Below are positions 61,660 through 63,252 of a DNA stretch of 63,252 nucleotides, piece after piece (within the stretch, counting starts at the first letter, position 1; each line of letters begins with the position of its first letter). The notes beneath the pieces are model-generated. The model was not told the origin of the DNA. It saw only the letters and a list, made by a program, of their open reading frames with translations, and made no database searches. The stretch spans positions 18,533,990 to 18,597,241 of the forward strand of contig NC_068994.1 in NCBI RefSeq assembly GCF_001194135.2, in the 5' to 3' direction. Source of the stretch: Octopus bimaculoides (taxonomy: Eukaryota). A program made the translations under genes and the position numbers.

Positions 61660-62480
61660 GCAGCAAAACAAAACTCCTTGGTAGAGTGGGAGTGCAGTAT
61701 TGAGGGAGATGGCTTTGCGTCAGGTGTGAAAATATAAAGTATGATAAAGGGGCAAGATGTCTTGTTGAAGAGGAGATACATAGCTACCCTAGCAGGAAAG
61801 GGAGAAAGGATAGAGATGATGTGTGAAAGCAAGATACAAGAAGGTGGCTAAAGAGAGAGAGGAGAAACTAAATCAAGGATGGCTGAGTAGGTAGGTTCAT
61901 GAGAGTTTGAAAGAAGAGTGACAGATGGTAGGAATGAGAATAGAGGTGAATGCAGTGGATGGTGAACATAGGTGGAGGCACAGTCAGTGGTAAATCTTGG
62001 TTTGGTAGGAGGTAAGGGAAAATAGAAGTGGATCAGGAAGGAAAAGGTGATGTGCAGTAATATATAAAAAGAGCAGGGCAGTGAGCTGCAGAATTGTTAG
62101 CCTACTGGGCGAAATGCTTAGAGGAATTTCACATTCTAAGTTCAAATTCCACCAAGGTCAACTTTGCCTTTTGTCCTTTCAGGGTCGATAAGAAGAGATG
62201 CGCAGTGACAGAGAGGAGGCCAGAAGCATGTAGGGGTAGATATAGTGAGTGACAAAAATGGGTTGGGAATGCATCGATGCTAGATCTAAGATGTTCAGGA
62301 GAAAGGGGGAATTCAGGGATAAATAGTTATGAGGGATGATGTTGACTTGACAGGCACAGATTGGGTATATTAATGATATCGTTTTAGGACCTCATTTTGG
62401 CTGAGATGGACAGCTCTTCTCAGATACAGCAGATCAACAATCATCTTGGATATATACACCTTTAGATTTTCATTTTCTTT
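61660..62480 (-). mobile_element. Highly decayed retroelement fragments (possibly Penelope-like), interrupted by a SINE-B head
   Basis: Strongly strand-biased purine-rich sequence with only weak motif resemblance. Confidence 0.3.
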
Positions 62481-62499
62481 AATCAACACATTTAAAAAA

Positions 62500-62800
62500 A
62501 TTTAGTTGTTATAAATTAGTTCTACGAAGGGGGCCAGCTTACTCTTGTAGTTTTGGAAAAGAATGACTTGAAAATATTTAAAACTGGAGGTGGGTGGTGA
62601 GACACAGAAGATGATATGAGCAATGGAAGGTATATTAGATGAGCCAGGAGGTGAAGGTGATATGCATCTAGCTACTTCAGGGGAGCAAAGGTCATTGTAA
62701 TAGTAATAACAGAGACAGAGAGAAGAAACAACACATCTGTTAGCTAGTGGCGGATTGCCAAATAGCATTCTTTTTCTGTTTTTGTTGGATGCAGTTTAAG
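62500..62800 (-). mobile_element. CR1/L2-group LINE ORF2 C-terminal fragment
   Basis: PPLANRCVVSSLCLCYYYYNDLCSPEVA resembles the L.PL.HRR.VSSLCLFY.YY.G.CS.ELA motif of this group. Confidence 0.65.
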
Positions 62801-63094
62801 ATATTTATGTGTGTAGAGAAGCAACGCTGTCCCAGATACATGAGAAAGATTTCAATGAGGGTCATACTTAAATTTTGAAGAGAGCCAGTGGCTGATCAGC
62901 ATTTTCTAGCCAAGAAGAAGAAACCTTGTCTTTGGGGTCCAGCTTTGGTAATGATTATATATATGTTGTCTTTATGCTGTTTGTCTTGTTTTCCATTTGC
63001 GTCTTTCGTTGTTCGAAAAAATAGTTCATATTCCATGTACTCGTACTTCGTATTTTTTTGTTGTACATGTTTCATGACATCCTGTGTCCACATA

Positions 63095-63130
<36 letters not shown>

Positions 63131-63135
63131 CTGTG

Positions 63136-63252
63136 CGCTAGTGAGAGCTGTGCGAGCCATGTACAGAGATGCGGCCAGTAAGGTGAGGGTTGGAAATGAG
63201 TACAGCAATGAATTCCGGGTAGAGGTAGGGGTCCACCAAGGTTCCGTCCTCA
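63136..63252 (+). pseudogene. RTE-clade reverse transcriptase fragment running off the window end
   Basis: LVRAVRAMYRDAASKVRVGNEYSNEFRVEVGVHQGSVL; aligns to ~55250-55350 and is less decayed. Confidence 0.9.

Overview
Eukaryotic, AT-rich, repeat-dense genomic DNA with six N gaps. The repeat landscape points to a coleoid cephalopod, most likely an Octopus draft assembly (inference from memory of these repeat families; not verified by search). It contains tRNA-derived SINEs with ATG/ATT/GAGTAAAA tails, RTE LINEs, piggyBac-, hAT- and mariner-type MITEs and long microsatellites. Nearly all ORFs in the supplied track come from SINEs, microsatellites or gaps. Recognisable protein remnants are all transposon-derived and broken: a DD37D Tc1/maT transposase, a mariner transposase, an internally deleted RTE ORF with an intact PHD-type finger signature, and CR1/L2-like and RTE 3' ends. 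No host gene could be named; a phase-consistent minus-strand chain of three short exons (9619->6931) is the best, low-confidence, candidate. The most notable structure is a high density of fold-back and inverted-repeat DNA. This includes near-perfect palindromes at the 5' ends of retroposed inserts, long-arm hairpin MITE-like elements and closely spaced inverted SINE pairs. There are also two degenerate Penelope-type minimal hammerhead-ribozyme motifs, one in the tail of a tRNA-headed SINE. I see no clear evidence of an intact novel system; the findings are leads. Repeat boundaries are read by eye (about +/-10-20 bp unless a TSD is given). SINE-A, SINE-B, repeat-C, MITE-D and MITE-E are my working labels.
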